From positions 28,892,001 to 28,956,000 of the forward strand of contig CM119373.1 in NCBI GenBank assembly GCA_051294905.1: 64,000 bases of DNA, written 5' to 3'. Position 1 is the stretch's first letter; every line of letters starts with the position of its first letter. The notes beneath the pieces are model-generated. The model saw only the letters and a list, made by a program, of their open reading frames with translations, did no database searches and was not told where the DNA came from. This stretch comes from Botryllus schlosseri. Lineage: Eukaryota. This document shows, one piece after another, positions 25,511 through 36,234 of the stretch. The position numbers and the translations under genes are program-made.

Positions 25511-25685
25511 ATTTACAACGTCTGCAATTAACGTTTGCTTCATATTAGAAGCAAGACAAAGTAATCCTCTCCGTACTATTCAACGGAGATTTGGTTCGTT
25601 TCATCGTCAGAGTACTTTCGATTGCACCAATTTAGCAATCACCATTAACTGCCCTGATCTTTGAAGACAAACGATTAGTATCAGA

Positions 25686-28600
25686 ATGCCGCTGCAACAC
25701 TCTCCGACCGACGAGAAAGTTCGATTAGCTCCTTCGTTCAAGACTGTCGCCAAGATGACCGTTGAAGAGATGCGTATAGAGCTTGCTGCTCTCGAATTGC
25801 CAACCACTGGGAACAAAGCCGTGCTATCGGAAAGACTGAAGAAAGCTCGTGAGTGCAAGCCGGACAATTTGGAGACATCTAGAACGCAACCGCCAGATTC
25901 ACCGGTGCTAGATCAATCCGCGGCTTCGCCCGATCCATTTTCACTTCAGACCGAGAAGCCTAGCGACCTTATGATGATGTTTACACTAATGAAGCAACAG
26001 CAAGAGGCCGCGGAGAAAAGGTTCCTCATTCAGCAAGAAGCAGCCGAGAAGAGATTCTTCCTTCAGCTGGAAACAATGCGCCAAGAAGCGGACAAAGCCA
26101 GCTCTAACGGGGACTCCGATTTGCCCAGTGTCATCGGTAAGCGATTTAAGCGAATGAATAAAGATCTTCTCGAACTATTGCAGGCACTCGAACTGAAGTA
26201 CACAACTTCAAACTCTATCGAAGAAATTGAGGTGTTCGTGAAATCGGTCGAGACGTCCATGACGGATTTGAAATCCTACGTAGATGGCAAAATTGATCTA
26301 TTGGAAGATGGCGACTTGAAGACCGATATTATTAACGGTTTGAAAGATGCTACTCAAGTCTATTTAACCAACATTCCTCAAGCTAGGTCAAAGCTATCGA
26401 AATTGAAAGCGATTGACGAAGCTGACAGGACAGCTGGAAGTCTACCAATCGGTGTGAATCCGCCCTCATTTTATGGCGACATACTTTCTTTCCCGTCTTT
26501 CTGGGAGGCGTTTGAACCACTTGTTCATAACAACCAATCGGTCAGTAAATTTTACAAAATGACTTATTTGAAGGCTGCTATGAAGGGATCGGCGTCTGGT
26601 GTTCTAAACGGCTTTCCGTCTAATGCGACTAATTATGAGCCGGCGATTGCTGCGGTACTGCAACGATTCGGCAGGACGCAAGCAATTGTTCGCAGTCACA
26701 TTAAAGATCTGCTTGAAGGGAACCGGGTAGATTTCGAACTCGACAAAGTGCGAGGTATGCTAGACCGGGCTAATGCAAAGAGGTCAATACTGACTAAAAA
26801 TAACATCACCTGGGATCAAATGTTCACTCAGATATTGGAATCGCAGCTGCCTCAGAAATTACTCGAGCGTTGGATGCGTAAAATAAGCCCATTGATAGAG
26901 TCCAACGAAATAGCTTCGTCCGATCTAATGTTTGAGTTCATTGCAACAGAATTGGCGACTATGGACACTCTGAAGAGGTCTAGCTCCAAGCAATCGGAGA
27001 AGCAACCGAAGACGAAGCAGCAGACCTCCAACAACACCGATAAGTATTGTTCTGCTCAGTCTTTGGTAACTCAATCGATGTCGTCTCTCTGCGCATATTG
27101 CAGCAAGTCTCATCCGTTACTGGATTGTAGAGAATTTCTGAAATTGACCCCTGCTCAACGAATGTCTCGTTTGTTAATGAATCCGGGAAAGGTGTGTTTC
27201 AGGTGTCTCGCATCGCAGGGTGAGTCTGGACATCCTAAGCAGTTCTATCAGTGCAAAGCTCGGTGCGAGGTCGAAGGATGTGGGAAGGCTCATCACCGAC
27301 TACTGCATGTCACGGAATCGTCGAATGCGAAAACAATGGTATCCACTGCTAGGCGATCAGCAGCGTCGGACTCCGAAATTGATACCTTGCTCCCCACCGC
27401 ACTCGCGCAAATCTCAAACCAGGGTAAGACTATGCGTGTTCGCATTGCTTTCGATTCGTTGTCGGAGAAGTCCTTTATAACCCGGAACGCCGCTAATTAC
27501 TTGCAGCTACCGCCTATTCGAAGCCAACAAATGAACATTAGTGGATTTGGCGGTAGTTCAACCTCTAGTTCAATGGATCTAGTTACATTCAATCTGGAAC
27601 CATTACATTCAGAACCGAGAGGCTGTATTGAAGTTCAAGCGTTCGTTCAAGATGGTGTCATTTGCACGCCCTTAGATAACGTCACTTTACGTTGCGATCA
27701 GGTTAGACACCTTGACGGATTGCCGCTGGCTGACCCTCTCCCAAGGGACGACGGTACGGTAGATATACTATTGGGAGGACGTTATTATTTCTCGCTGATG
27801 CAAGGATCGGTTATTAGTCCTGAAATCCCCGAATCTGGACCATTTGCAATTGAAACTATGTTCGGTTGGGTATTGGCTGGACCATGTAGTCGTAATTCCT
27901 CAGTTAATCGTTCTTCTAATTGTTTACTTACCAGAAGCTCGTCAAAAGTACAGCGCTCTGAATTGGATCCTTGGCAACTGTTGGACAACAAACTCGAACG
28001 ATTCTGGAAGCAAGACTGCATTGGGCTTACAGATAAGGATTTGGTTCATACTTCTGACGAGGTTGATGCGATTGCACAATTCAATGATTCAGTGTCGTTC
28101 GATGGGGATAAGTATTGCGTGTCGTTACCATTTAAACGCGACGCAATAGAGTTGCAGCCAAATTTCGCGCAGGCATATTCCCGATTGCTAACAACAGAAA
28201 AAGTTCTAAAGAAAAACCCTGACAAATTTGCTAAATACGATCAGGCAATCATGGAATACGTGGACAACGGTTTCGCTCGGAAATTGTCGCAAGCGGAATT
28301 GGATAAGATTAGTACGATTACTCATTACTATGTCCCGCATCATCCGGTTTTTCGTGAAGCGAGTTGTTCCACGAAATTGCGAATTGTTTTCGACGCAAGC
28401 GCTAAAAATGGCTCTGGGTATTCGCTAAATGATTGCGTTTTGAAGGGCCCAAATTTGCTACCCGACATAGGAGCTGTGCTGCTACGATTTCGCACTCATA
28501 AAATTGCTTTGAGCGGTGACATTCGGAAAATGTTTTGCCAGACTGCTATTAATCCGGATCATCAGCGTTTCCAATTATACCTTTGGCGCAATTGCGAATC

Positions 28601-31388
28601 GCGTAGAGCGCCAGACGTCTACGTTATGGAGAGAGTAATGTTCGGAGTCTCGTCAAGTCCTTTTCTCGCTATTCAAACAATCCGCCATCATTCTAATACT
28701 GCGCCGATTATTGATAAATTTGGTCGCGACTTGGGCGATGAAATCGTTCGCAATATGTACGTCGATGACATTCATGTAGGTGGAAATAGCGTTGAAGAGG
28801 TTGTCTGCAAGCAAAAAAACTTGGTTGAGTTTTTCAATGACGGTGGATGGTCCTTGGTCAAATTTGCGTCCAATAATCGAGAAGTCATGGATTGCATTCC
28901 CGAGGAAGCTCGGTTACCGAATTGCGTTCTCGATCTCGATGACGCCAACAATGGCGAGGCCTCGTCTCTCGGTTTGAAATGGCACACGACGCAGGATGTC
29001 ATGTATTGTAATGTAAAACCCAAACTGCTTGAGCAGGATAAAATCGTGACAAAACGATCTATTTTGAGTAAGCTCAGTCAAATCTACGACGTGTTTGGAT
29101 TTTTTTCAGCATTCGTTATCACAGCAAAGATTTTGATGCAAGAATTGTGGAAACGAAAACTCGATTGGAACGATCCGGTTGACGACACACTCGCCAAGAA
29201 GTATCGACAATGGACCGACGAGCTGTCGCTTCTGGAGTCCATCAAAATTCCACGGTACCTTTTTTGTCGAATACGTTCTCCAAATTCCATGCAGCTTCAT
29301 GGTTTTGCTGATGCCTCCGAAAGTGCTTATGGGGCTGTAGTCTACATTAGAGCTGAAGATGACGTAGGCAATATTCAGACCCAGTATTTGATCGCTAAAA
29401 CGAGAGTGGCCCCATTGAAATCGACATCTGTTGCGCGACTCGAGCTAATGGCAGCCCACTGTCTAGCTAAATTAACTAGATACGTTTTGGATGCGCTGAG
29501 TTCTGAAATTTGTATTGATAGAGTCTATTTGTGGCTCGACTCCGAGATAGCTCTGGCATGGATTGCCAAGCCAAGTTCACATTGGAAAACGTTTGTGAGG
29601 AACAGAGTTCAGGAAATTCATGATCTCGTATCCCCACACGCTTGGAGACATTGTCCAGGCATCGAAAATCCAGCAGACTACCATAGCCGCGGCATGGCGC
29701 TTCAGGAGTTGAAGAGTTGTTCGGCCTATTGGCACGGACCGGGCTGGCTGAGGTCTGAAGAGTCGGACTGGCCTGTGAAATCGCACCTAGAACAATCGAA
29801 TCCGCAAGTCGACACAGAAACCGCAACTCCTCGCGTGTTGGTGAACATCACACAGCCACCAGTTCCTTTTTATGTTGATCGCTACGGTAACTATTCCAAA
29901 ATTGTTCGTATTACAGCGAGAATTTTGCGTTGGCGGCATCGTGATTACATGAAAATGGACCCAGAGTGCAACAATCGATTCGTTGGACCAAATGAGTTCA
30001 GGAAGGTGGAATACTTCCTTTTACGTCAGATTCAACGCTCAAGATTTAGCAGCGAATTCGAAAATCTCGACAAAGGTAAGAATGTGTCGAATAAATCAAA
30101 AATTAAAGACATGGATCCCAGAGTAGACCTCGAAAATAAGCTAATCGTTGCCGGTGATCGGTTGAGTTTGTGTGATTTGCCAGAGTTCACGAGTTCTCCG
30201 ATTATTCTTCCCGCCAAGGAGCCGTTAGTGGAAAAACTCATTCTACATGTCCACGAAAGCAACTCTCATTCTCCTCAGGACACAACCATCGCTATTCTTC
30301 GTGAGCGCTTCCTTATTATTCATATCAGGAGCGAGGTAAGAAGGGGATTGCGAAATTGTATCGTTTGTCGACATTGGAACACGAAACCACTCCAACAGAA
30401 AATGGGTATTCTTCCAAAGGAACGCATTTGCGCTTCTCCGGCATTTTCTGAAGTCGGGTTGGATTTCACGGGGCCAATTTATATTGAAGTAGGTGACGAC
30501 GCAATGCAAAAGGCGTATATTTGTTTGTTCACTTGCCCCCACAGTAGAATGATTCATTTGGAATTGACCAACGATATGTCCACGGAGGAATTCATCGGTG
30601 CTCTGCAACGAATGATAAACAGGCGTGGCTGGTGTCGAGAGATTATATGCGACAATCAACTGACTTTCAAAAAGGCTGAACGTATAATTCAGATTTCGAC
30701 ACGCGCGTCCTTCAAAAAGCGGTCAGACAATGAAGCTCTACAAAAATTCCTTACCGACAACGGGATAACGTGGAAATACATTGCCGAACGCGCTCCACAC
30801 CGCGGTGCCTTTTACGAGAGGATGAACAGATCCATTAAAGAACCTCTCAGAAAGATTCTGGGTAAGGCAAAGTTGAACTTCACTGAACTATACACCATTT
30901 TGACAGATATCGAGTGTGCGATGAACCAGCGGCCGTTGACGTATCTCGGTTCCGATCCGAGAAACCCACAAGCAATCACTCCAGCTCATTTGGCAATTGG
31001 TCGGCCACTGCGACATATCCCGAATTTTCCGTCCAAAGCGAGTGTCAACGTCTCGAAGCGATTTCGCTATCTCCAAACGCTGTTGCGGCATTTCTGGGCG
31101 AGATGGTCGAAGGAATATCTCCCGACGTTGATCAAGAGAAAGAAATGGGCTTTCGAACATTCTGTTCCAAACGTCGGAGACATTTGTTTAATCGCAGACG
31201 ACGGATACGCGCGCTCGAATTGGAAGGTCGGCAGAATCGTGCATGCTTTCAAGGGCAAAGATAGCCTCGTGAGAACATTCAAATTGAAAACCGCTCGCGG
31301 ATATCTTACGCGACCTATACAAAAACTCCATTTACTGGAGAAAGACTATTCGGTTGACTATGACCAGTCAAAGGGGGGTGGATGTTAG
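25686..31388 (+). CDS. BEL/Pao Gag-Pol polyprotein, 1900 aa (SAP-like, DUF1759-like Gag, Cys-His boxes, aspartic protease, RT, RNase H, integrase, DUF5641-like tail)
   Basis: PPSFYGDILSFPSFWEAF; CAYCSKSHPLLDC / CFRC..H / CEVEGCGKAHHRLLH; KLRIVFDASAK; YVDD; LHGFADASESAYG; GLDFTGP / CDN / FYERMNRSIK; FWARWSKEYL. Order PR-RT-RH-IN. Confidence 0.97.
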   Translation: MPLQHSPTDEKVRLAPSFKTVAKMTVEEMRIELAALELPTTGNKAVLSERLKKARECKPDNLETSRTQPPDSPVLDQSAASPDPFSLQTEKPSDLMMMFTLMKQQQEAAEKRFLIQQEAAEKRFFLQLETMRQEADKASSNGDSDLPSVIGKRFKRMNKDLLELLQALELKYTTSNSIEEIEVFVKSVETSMTDLKSYVDGKIDLLEDGDLKTDIINGLKDATQVYLTNIPQARSKLSKLKAIDEADRTAGSLPIGVNPPSFYGDILSFPSFWEAFEPLVHNNQSVSKFYKMTYLKAAMKGSASGVLNGFPSNATNYEPAIAAVLQRFGRTQAIVRSHIKDLLEGNRVDFELDKVRGMLDRANAKRSILTKNNITWDQMFTQILESQLPQKLLERWMRKISPLIESNEIASSDLMFEFIATELATMDTLKRSSSKQSEKQPKTKQQTSNNTDKYCSAQSLVTQSMSSLCAYCSKSHPLLDCREFLKLTPAQRMSRLLMNPGKVCFRCLASQGESGHPKQFYQCKARCEVEGCGKAHHRLLHVTESSNAKTMVSTARRSAASDSEIDTLLPTALAQISNQGKTMRVRIAFDSLSEKSFITRNAANYLQLPPIRSQQMNISGFGGSSTSSSMDLVTFNLEPLHSEPRGCIEVQAFVQDGVICTPLDNVTLRCDQVRHLDGLPLADPLPRDDGTVDILLGGRYYFSLMQGSVISPEIPESGPFAIETMFGWVLAGPCSRNSSVNRSSNCLLTRSSSKVQRSELDPWQLLDNKLERFWKQDCIGLTDKDLVHTSDEVDAIAQFNDSVSFDGDKYCVSLPFKRDAIELQPNFAQAYSRLLTTEKVLKKNPDKFAKYDQAIMEYVDNGFARKLSQAELDKISTITHYYVPHHPVFREASCSTKLRIVFDASAKNGSGYSLNDCVLKGPNLLPDIGAVLLRFRTHKIALSGDIRKMFCQTAINPDHQRFQLYLWRNCESRRAPDVYVMERVMFGVSSSPFLAIQTIRHHSNTAPIIDKFGRDLGDEIVRNMYVDDIHVGGNSVEEVVCKQKNLVEFFNDGGWSLVKFASNNREVMDCIPEEARLPNCVLDLDDANNGEASSLGLKWHTTQDVMYCNVKPKLLEQDKIVTKRSILSKLSQIYDVFGFFSAFVITAKILMQELWKRKLDWNDPVDDTLAKKYRQWTDELSLLESIKIPRYLFCRIRSPNSMQLHGFADASESAYGAVVYIRAEDDVGNIQTQYLIAKTRVAPLKSTSVARLELMAAHCLAKLTRYVLDALSSEICIDRVYLWLDSEIALAWIAKPSSHWKTFVRNRVQEIHDLVSPHAWRHCPGIENPADYHSRGMALQELKSCSAYWHGPGWLRSEESDWPVKSHLEQSNPQVDTETATPRVLVNITQPPVPFYVDRYGNYSKIVRITARILRWRHRDYMKMDPECNNRFVGPNEFRKVEYFLLRQIQRSRFSSEFENLDKGKNVSNKSKIKDMDPRVDLENKLIVAGDRLSLCDLPEFTSSPIILPAKEPLVEKLILHVHESNSHSPQDTTIAILRERFLIIHIRSEVRRGLRNCIVCRHWNTKPLQQKMGILPKERICASPAFSEVGLDFTGPIYIEVGDDAMQKAYICLFTCPHSRMIHLELTNDMSTEEFIGALQRMINRRGWCREIICDNQLTFKKAERIIQISTRASFKKRSDNEALQKFLTDNGITWKYIAERAPHRGAFYERMNRSIKEPLRKILGKAKLNFTELYTILTDIECAMNQRPLTYLGSDPRNPQAITPAHLAIGRPLRHIPNFPSKASVNVSKRFRYLQTLLRHFWARWSKEYLPTLIKRKKWAFEHSVPNVGDICLIADDGYARSNWKVGRIVHAFKGKDSLVRTFKLKTARGYLTRPIQKLHLLEKDYSVDYDQSKGGGC
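31370..31382 (+). promoter_or_regulatory. Polypurine tract
   Basis: aaaggggggtgga directly abuts the 3' LTR. Confidence 0.85.
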
Positions 31389-31774
31389 CGCGCGCGTACG
31401 GCTTTGCAGTGCCTCGTGATATCTTGGTGTATTTAATTTAATTGTCTCGTGTTTGATCATCATCATCATTATCAGTCTCGTTTTCTCTCCCTATATATTC
31501 AATTGCTAGACTCGTTTTCGTTGGTTACTTTGCTGAACAGACGGTTGGAAGATTCTTGGGATAAAGCATCGTTGTAAATCCTACGTTGTGCCTACTTTGT
31601 GCCTTATATTTATGCGTACTGCGTGCTGCCATTTGTGCTGTTCACGTTCTACTAAGCGTTAATTTGGATTAAAAGGTTGCTTGATTTACACCGGCCTTAC
31701 ATTCTACCGTCGAGATTAGACAGGCTTCTGCGCCTTAGTCGCCACACGCTCATTTCGTGTGCCGCGCAGAAACA
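31383..31774 (+). repeat. 3' LTR
   Basis: Identical to the 5' LTR; followed by TSD catgc. The ORF stop (TAG 31386-31388) lies inside it. Confidence 0.97.
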
Positions 31775-33206
31775 CATGCAATGCCCACGCAGTCTTGCTT
31801 CACTTAGAATATTTCGGTACGCTGAGCATAACACCGTGTCAACCTATTTGTTTCATTTGACTGTTTATGATTCACAACGAGCAGACAATGCGCAGTCTGC
31901 CACGGTACGCGTATAAAGTAGGCTACAAACTGTAAAATGTCAAACGATAAGTTCACCGATTGCGCAAAATCTACGATACAAATAAAATGCAGGTTGCGAA
32001 AAATTTTGTCAATTTTGACATTTTTTGACCTAACGCTAAAATTTTGACCTTATTTTGACTTTTTTTGACATATCAAAAAAAATCGCCCTAGATATCACCA
32101 AACAGAGGTATAAAAGTGTTCTTCGCAATCAGACATGGGGTGATTACTTCACGAATGTAATCGATTGCGATTACGATTACTTGTGAATACCGCGATTACG
32201 ATTACGATTACGATTACAGCCAAATCAGGAAGTAGTCGATTACGATTACGATTACTTTCCAAAAGTAATCACGATTACTCACGATTACATTTGTTTTGCT
32301 TCTTAGAACTAATTTCAGAAGAGATATTAAAAGACAATATAAATAAGGCTTGCGATGAAAAGGTCTAATGAGATAAAAACTTTCTTTATTAATCATACGT
32401 GATTCGCTTATTACGTCATAATGCACCCATTGCCCACCTTTATGCAGGACTATTCGTCGCACCAAACGATTTGCATTCTTGCCAGGTTCGTAACTGCCAC
32501 ACCCCAAACTCTCCAATAGGACTGGGAGCGAGCTCTAAGGGGACTCAAAAGCATTTCGTAAATCAACATATTTTCAAGAGAGTTAATTAACTTGAGAATT
32601 TTCTTCGAGCTTCGGGATTTAATGTCTCTTAATAGCTTGATTTTGAAATGCGTACCTCTCCCCCTCAAGAAAAAAAGCATGCATAATTTATAGGAATAGG
32701 CATTTCGGTGTCGGTCATTACCCCGCCACGACACCAAAAGACGCATGCAATTTCGGCCAACATGCAACTCCACAAAGTGTGCTACCAAATAATGACCTTG
32801 GCCAAAACGTTGGGTATGTGTCCATTGTCAGTAGCCGCGCTCTGTGGACGTGGCAAATAGTCCGGTCCTTCCAATCTGAGCCCTAACAATGCAAATGCCA
32901 CCCGGGGCACTCACAGAGGAATGAAGACATCACAATTTGTGTGTGCGTCTCACGAAAGTTTTTATTTTAGTCTGCTACGTTAGGGCGACTACAGAATCTT
33001 TTGAATATATAAAAGACGGGAGTTCACGAATTAACAACATACAATAATGAAAATATAACAACATACCAGATGCTATAATTATGAATTACTTGCCCCCAGC
33101 TCTACCGGTAAATCTGAATGAATAGCAATATAATGCAATTACCAATATTATTGACGAAATTCAGTCATCAACTTGAAAACTGACCCCCCTATGGGGCCCC
33201 AATACC

Positions 33207-33754
33207 CAGGGTTGTAATACTCGAGTCATGACTCAACTCGAGTCGCGATTTTTTGGTGACTAGACTTGACTCGAGTAATTTTTTGTATTGACTCGATTTG
33301 TACTCGAGAGTCATTTTGCATGACTCGAACCAAGTCATATGACTCGAGACTAGAACGGCCAAGACAGACATTCCATGTAACTTCGAAGAATAGCAAAGTT
33401 ACCACATTAATTGTATTTCGTCTATCAGTCCCGATACTTGGAAATAGGGCCGTAAAGTATGAAAACTGATGAAAATTACCATATTATGAATACGAGCCAT
33501 TCTATATCACTCGAGCAGAGTTTAAAAAAGTGGGTTGAATCGGATTGATCAGAAAACTGATCTGTGAACATAACGACTTGGACTCGTAGCCTACTCGAGT
33601 AAAAAATATGACTCGGACTCGACCCTATACAAGCTGACTTGGACTCGGACTTGACTCGGGGGTGAATTGAAAATGACTCGACTTGACTCGAGTCAAAACT
33701 ATAAAAGTGAGATTGACTTGTGACTCGGAACATTGTAACTTGGTTACAACCTTA
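33207..33754. mobile_element. GACTCGAGTC-family hAT MITE (548 bp)
   Basis: TIRs cagggttgtaa / ttacaacctta; perfect TSD ccaatacc. Confidence 0.9.
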
Positions 33755-34186
33755 CCAATACCAACGTTTGAAGTGGGGACGAATTGCTGTTTTGGTCCTG
33801 ATTGTACCTACAACCCACGCTAACATGGTGTATAAGCGGATGGCTATGGCGACAGGTATAAATGTCGAGTGAAGAATTGTGAAATAACGATTGGCGCCCG
33901 TTTCAAGTAGTCAGCATATGAGAATAAGATAAAGTGAACTTAAAATTCTACCTTCAACTTAATACAGATACTGCAAACTGCCGTTATGCCGTTACGAGAA
34001 ACGGCAAAGAACGGCTCGGTAATGATATATAAACGCAGCTGTTGATTTTAACCATCGTAATGTTATATTTGACGAGTACAAAACCTAAAATCTTTGTCCA
34101 GTGTATGTACAATATATAGCCTACGTATACTACATAGATAGGCCTACTGCTCGCCAAGCAGCAACGGTCAAACTGCGTTCAACTAT

Positions 34187-34753
34187 TATTATTATTATTT
34201 ATTGGAAGAAGAAAAAGAATGGCGCCTATCACCGTCAGGTCTTGTGCGCCACGACATTACTCAATTTTAATTTAGCAGCAATTCAAATAAATCGATCACA
34301 ACTCAGCAAATATTCTACCACGTATTTCAAAATGCTTGGATCCGTTAGTAAGTTCACGAGGCGAAATGGAACATTCATACAAACACAAGCACGGCGCAGG
34401 AACGTTCTATGAAATTCATGAAAGCGGCAGTCTATTATAAAGTGCTCAACCGTCTCAGGTTCATTGCAGGAGCTACAATGTGGTGATGGTGCGATTCCAA
34501 TCATAAACAAGTGTGCGTTCAGTCCGCAATGACCTGAGCGCAATCGAAATAATATTCGGTCGCTAATGCAATTTTCAAGAGGTGGTGTACTAAGATGAAG
34601 GGATTCACGAAAAAGTTTGAAATGAGAGCCTTTATCTTCTTCGAGGTAATGTTGGTTCCAAATTTGCTTGCAATATTTCAGTATGACTTGCTTCGCTTCA
34701 TGCCTTGTCAAAACTGTATGTGTAGGATTCCGCCCTTCAGATGACGTTGCTGA
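34187..34753 (-). mobile_element. 5'-truncated I-group (Nimb/Ingi-like) LINE, ORF2 C-terminus with CCHC motif and (TAA)n tail
   Basis: RLRSGHCGLNAHLFMIGIAPSPHCSSCNEPETVEHFIIDC; 12-bp TSD gcgttcaactat (34175-34186, 34754-34765). Confidence 0.88.
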
Positions 34754-36234
34754 GCGTTCAACTATAAGCATAACCAAACATCAATGCATAAGTTACTATT
34801 TGAAACTAGGCAGAGTGGTGATTATTATATTGCTGCGAGGTAGTGGCGTCTGAAGTGTATTGATAACCTGGCTGATATACAGCATGGCATACACCGTTTT
34901 AACAATCACACAAAAATGTACATCGAATATATATTTACCATGGATACTTCTTACGCAAGGACGAGCAAAGCTGTTACTTCTGACGTAATAATGAGCAGTG
35001 GCGTTTGAAAATCAACCGCTTGCGCTATCAATAACCTGGTATAATATCTCTTCCTTGTTCACGAATGTTCGGTTATGTCATATTCATTGTACTAATAAAA
35101 AGTAATCGTTCTTTCACAAAAAAATCGATTAGATATGTGAAGTAGTCGATTACGATTACGATTACTTTGAATTTTTTTCGAATGTAATCGATTGCGATTA
35201 CGATTACTTGAAAATGCTGTAATCGTCGTAATCGATTACGATTACTAATCGCGATTACCCCATGTCTGTTCGCAATATTTCAACTTGAAACTGAGCTGTC
35301 AGCGCAATGACTTGTGACTCGGACTCGAGTCATAATACCATGACTCGGACTTCACCCTATGCTCACTGACTTCAACTCAGACTTGACTCGGTGGAGAATC
35401 AAAAATGACTCGACTTGATCCGAGTTAAAACTATAGAAGTGAGATTTACTTGTGACTCGGAGCCTTGCGACTTGGTTACAGCCATGATGGACGATGAAAT
35501 TAAATGATAAGAAACGACACCACGTTCTTATGACGACTACACCGATAAAAGGGATTTAGACTTATCAAGCACTACTTTCTACGATGCGTACGTTTTTGTG
35601 CATAACACTGTTCCAGTAGAGGTTAAAGTACTCCGTGAACATCAGCACTTGAGTGCGTATAATGCACATAAGGATGACCTTCTTGAGTGTATGCTACAAT
35701 AAAGAATCAATACTTCTTAACTGATCACCTCGACCATTTTAATGTTAGCAATTGTGATGACTTCATTTCGTGACTGTTGCATTTTAGTTATAACGTCACT
35801 TGGAGGTTCTTTACTATACAGAGATTCTCCCGCGACGAATTAGTGTGGCTATAAGCAACATATATGCAGATCGGTAAAAGTTGAAGAGATTAAAAAAAAC
35901 TATGCCTATGGAGTTCTTTTTACGTGTAGGCTACAATCCTTTTTCGTGTTCTTGAGGTTGTACTGAAGGACGGAGCAATATGAATTGATGTATTTTAATT
36001 GTTTGCAGCCATTAGAGTGGGTTTGAGGGAGACATTTTACACCTGATATTAATACCTTGCGATATCATTGAAAACGGTCCACTTCATGATTTTCATTCAG
36101 AGCGTACGTTTTCATAATATGATTACACTATAGCCTACTAACGAACATATGTATTCGTCCGTGTTCCAAACAGGTCAAATCGAATTATCACGCTGCTGCT
36201 AGAGTTGTAAGCTGTTACTGCTCCGTGCTCAAGA

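Larger units (their letters stand above)
25119..31774 (+). mobile_element. Full-length BEL/Pao LTR retrotransposon (6656 bp)
   Basis: Two 392-bp LTRs (TGTT...AACA), 5-bp TSD catgc (25114-25118, 31775-31779), single gag-pol ORF, PPT before the 3' LTR. Confidence 0.97.
24237..32090. mobile_element. Non-autonomous hAT-type element with TTTTGACC subterminal repeats, hosting a SINE and the BEL element
   Basis: Ends tgggcgattttttt / aaaaaaatcgcccta; TSD gatatcag / gatatcac. Confidence 0.75.
32130..35268. mobile_element. Non-autonomous hAT-type element with GATTAC subterminal repeats
   Basis: TIRs cagacatgggg / ccccatgtctg; perfect TSD ttcgcaat (32122-32129, 35269-35276). Confidence 0.9.
23955..35486. 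mobile_element. Old GACTCGAGTC-family MITE split into three pieces by nested insertions
   Basis: Pieces 23955-24236, 32091-32129 and 35269-35486 join into a sequence collinear with the intact copy at 33207-33754; degenerate TSD atgtacta / atggacga. Confidence 0.7.

Noticed and set aside
25413-25664. 83-aa ORF, with a twin at 31677-31916
   Set aside because: Both begin in the identical LTRs with a TTG start and diverge exactly at the LTR end; an artefact of the repeat.
25607-31282. Many short ORFs overlapping the BEL polyprotein
   Set aside because: Alternative-frame or antisense shadows of the 1900-aa ORF with no recognisable motifs.
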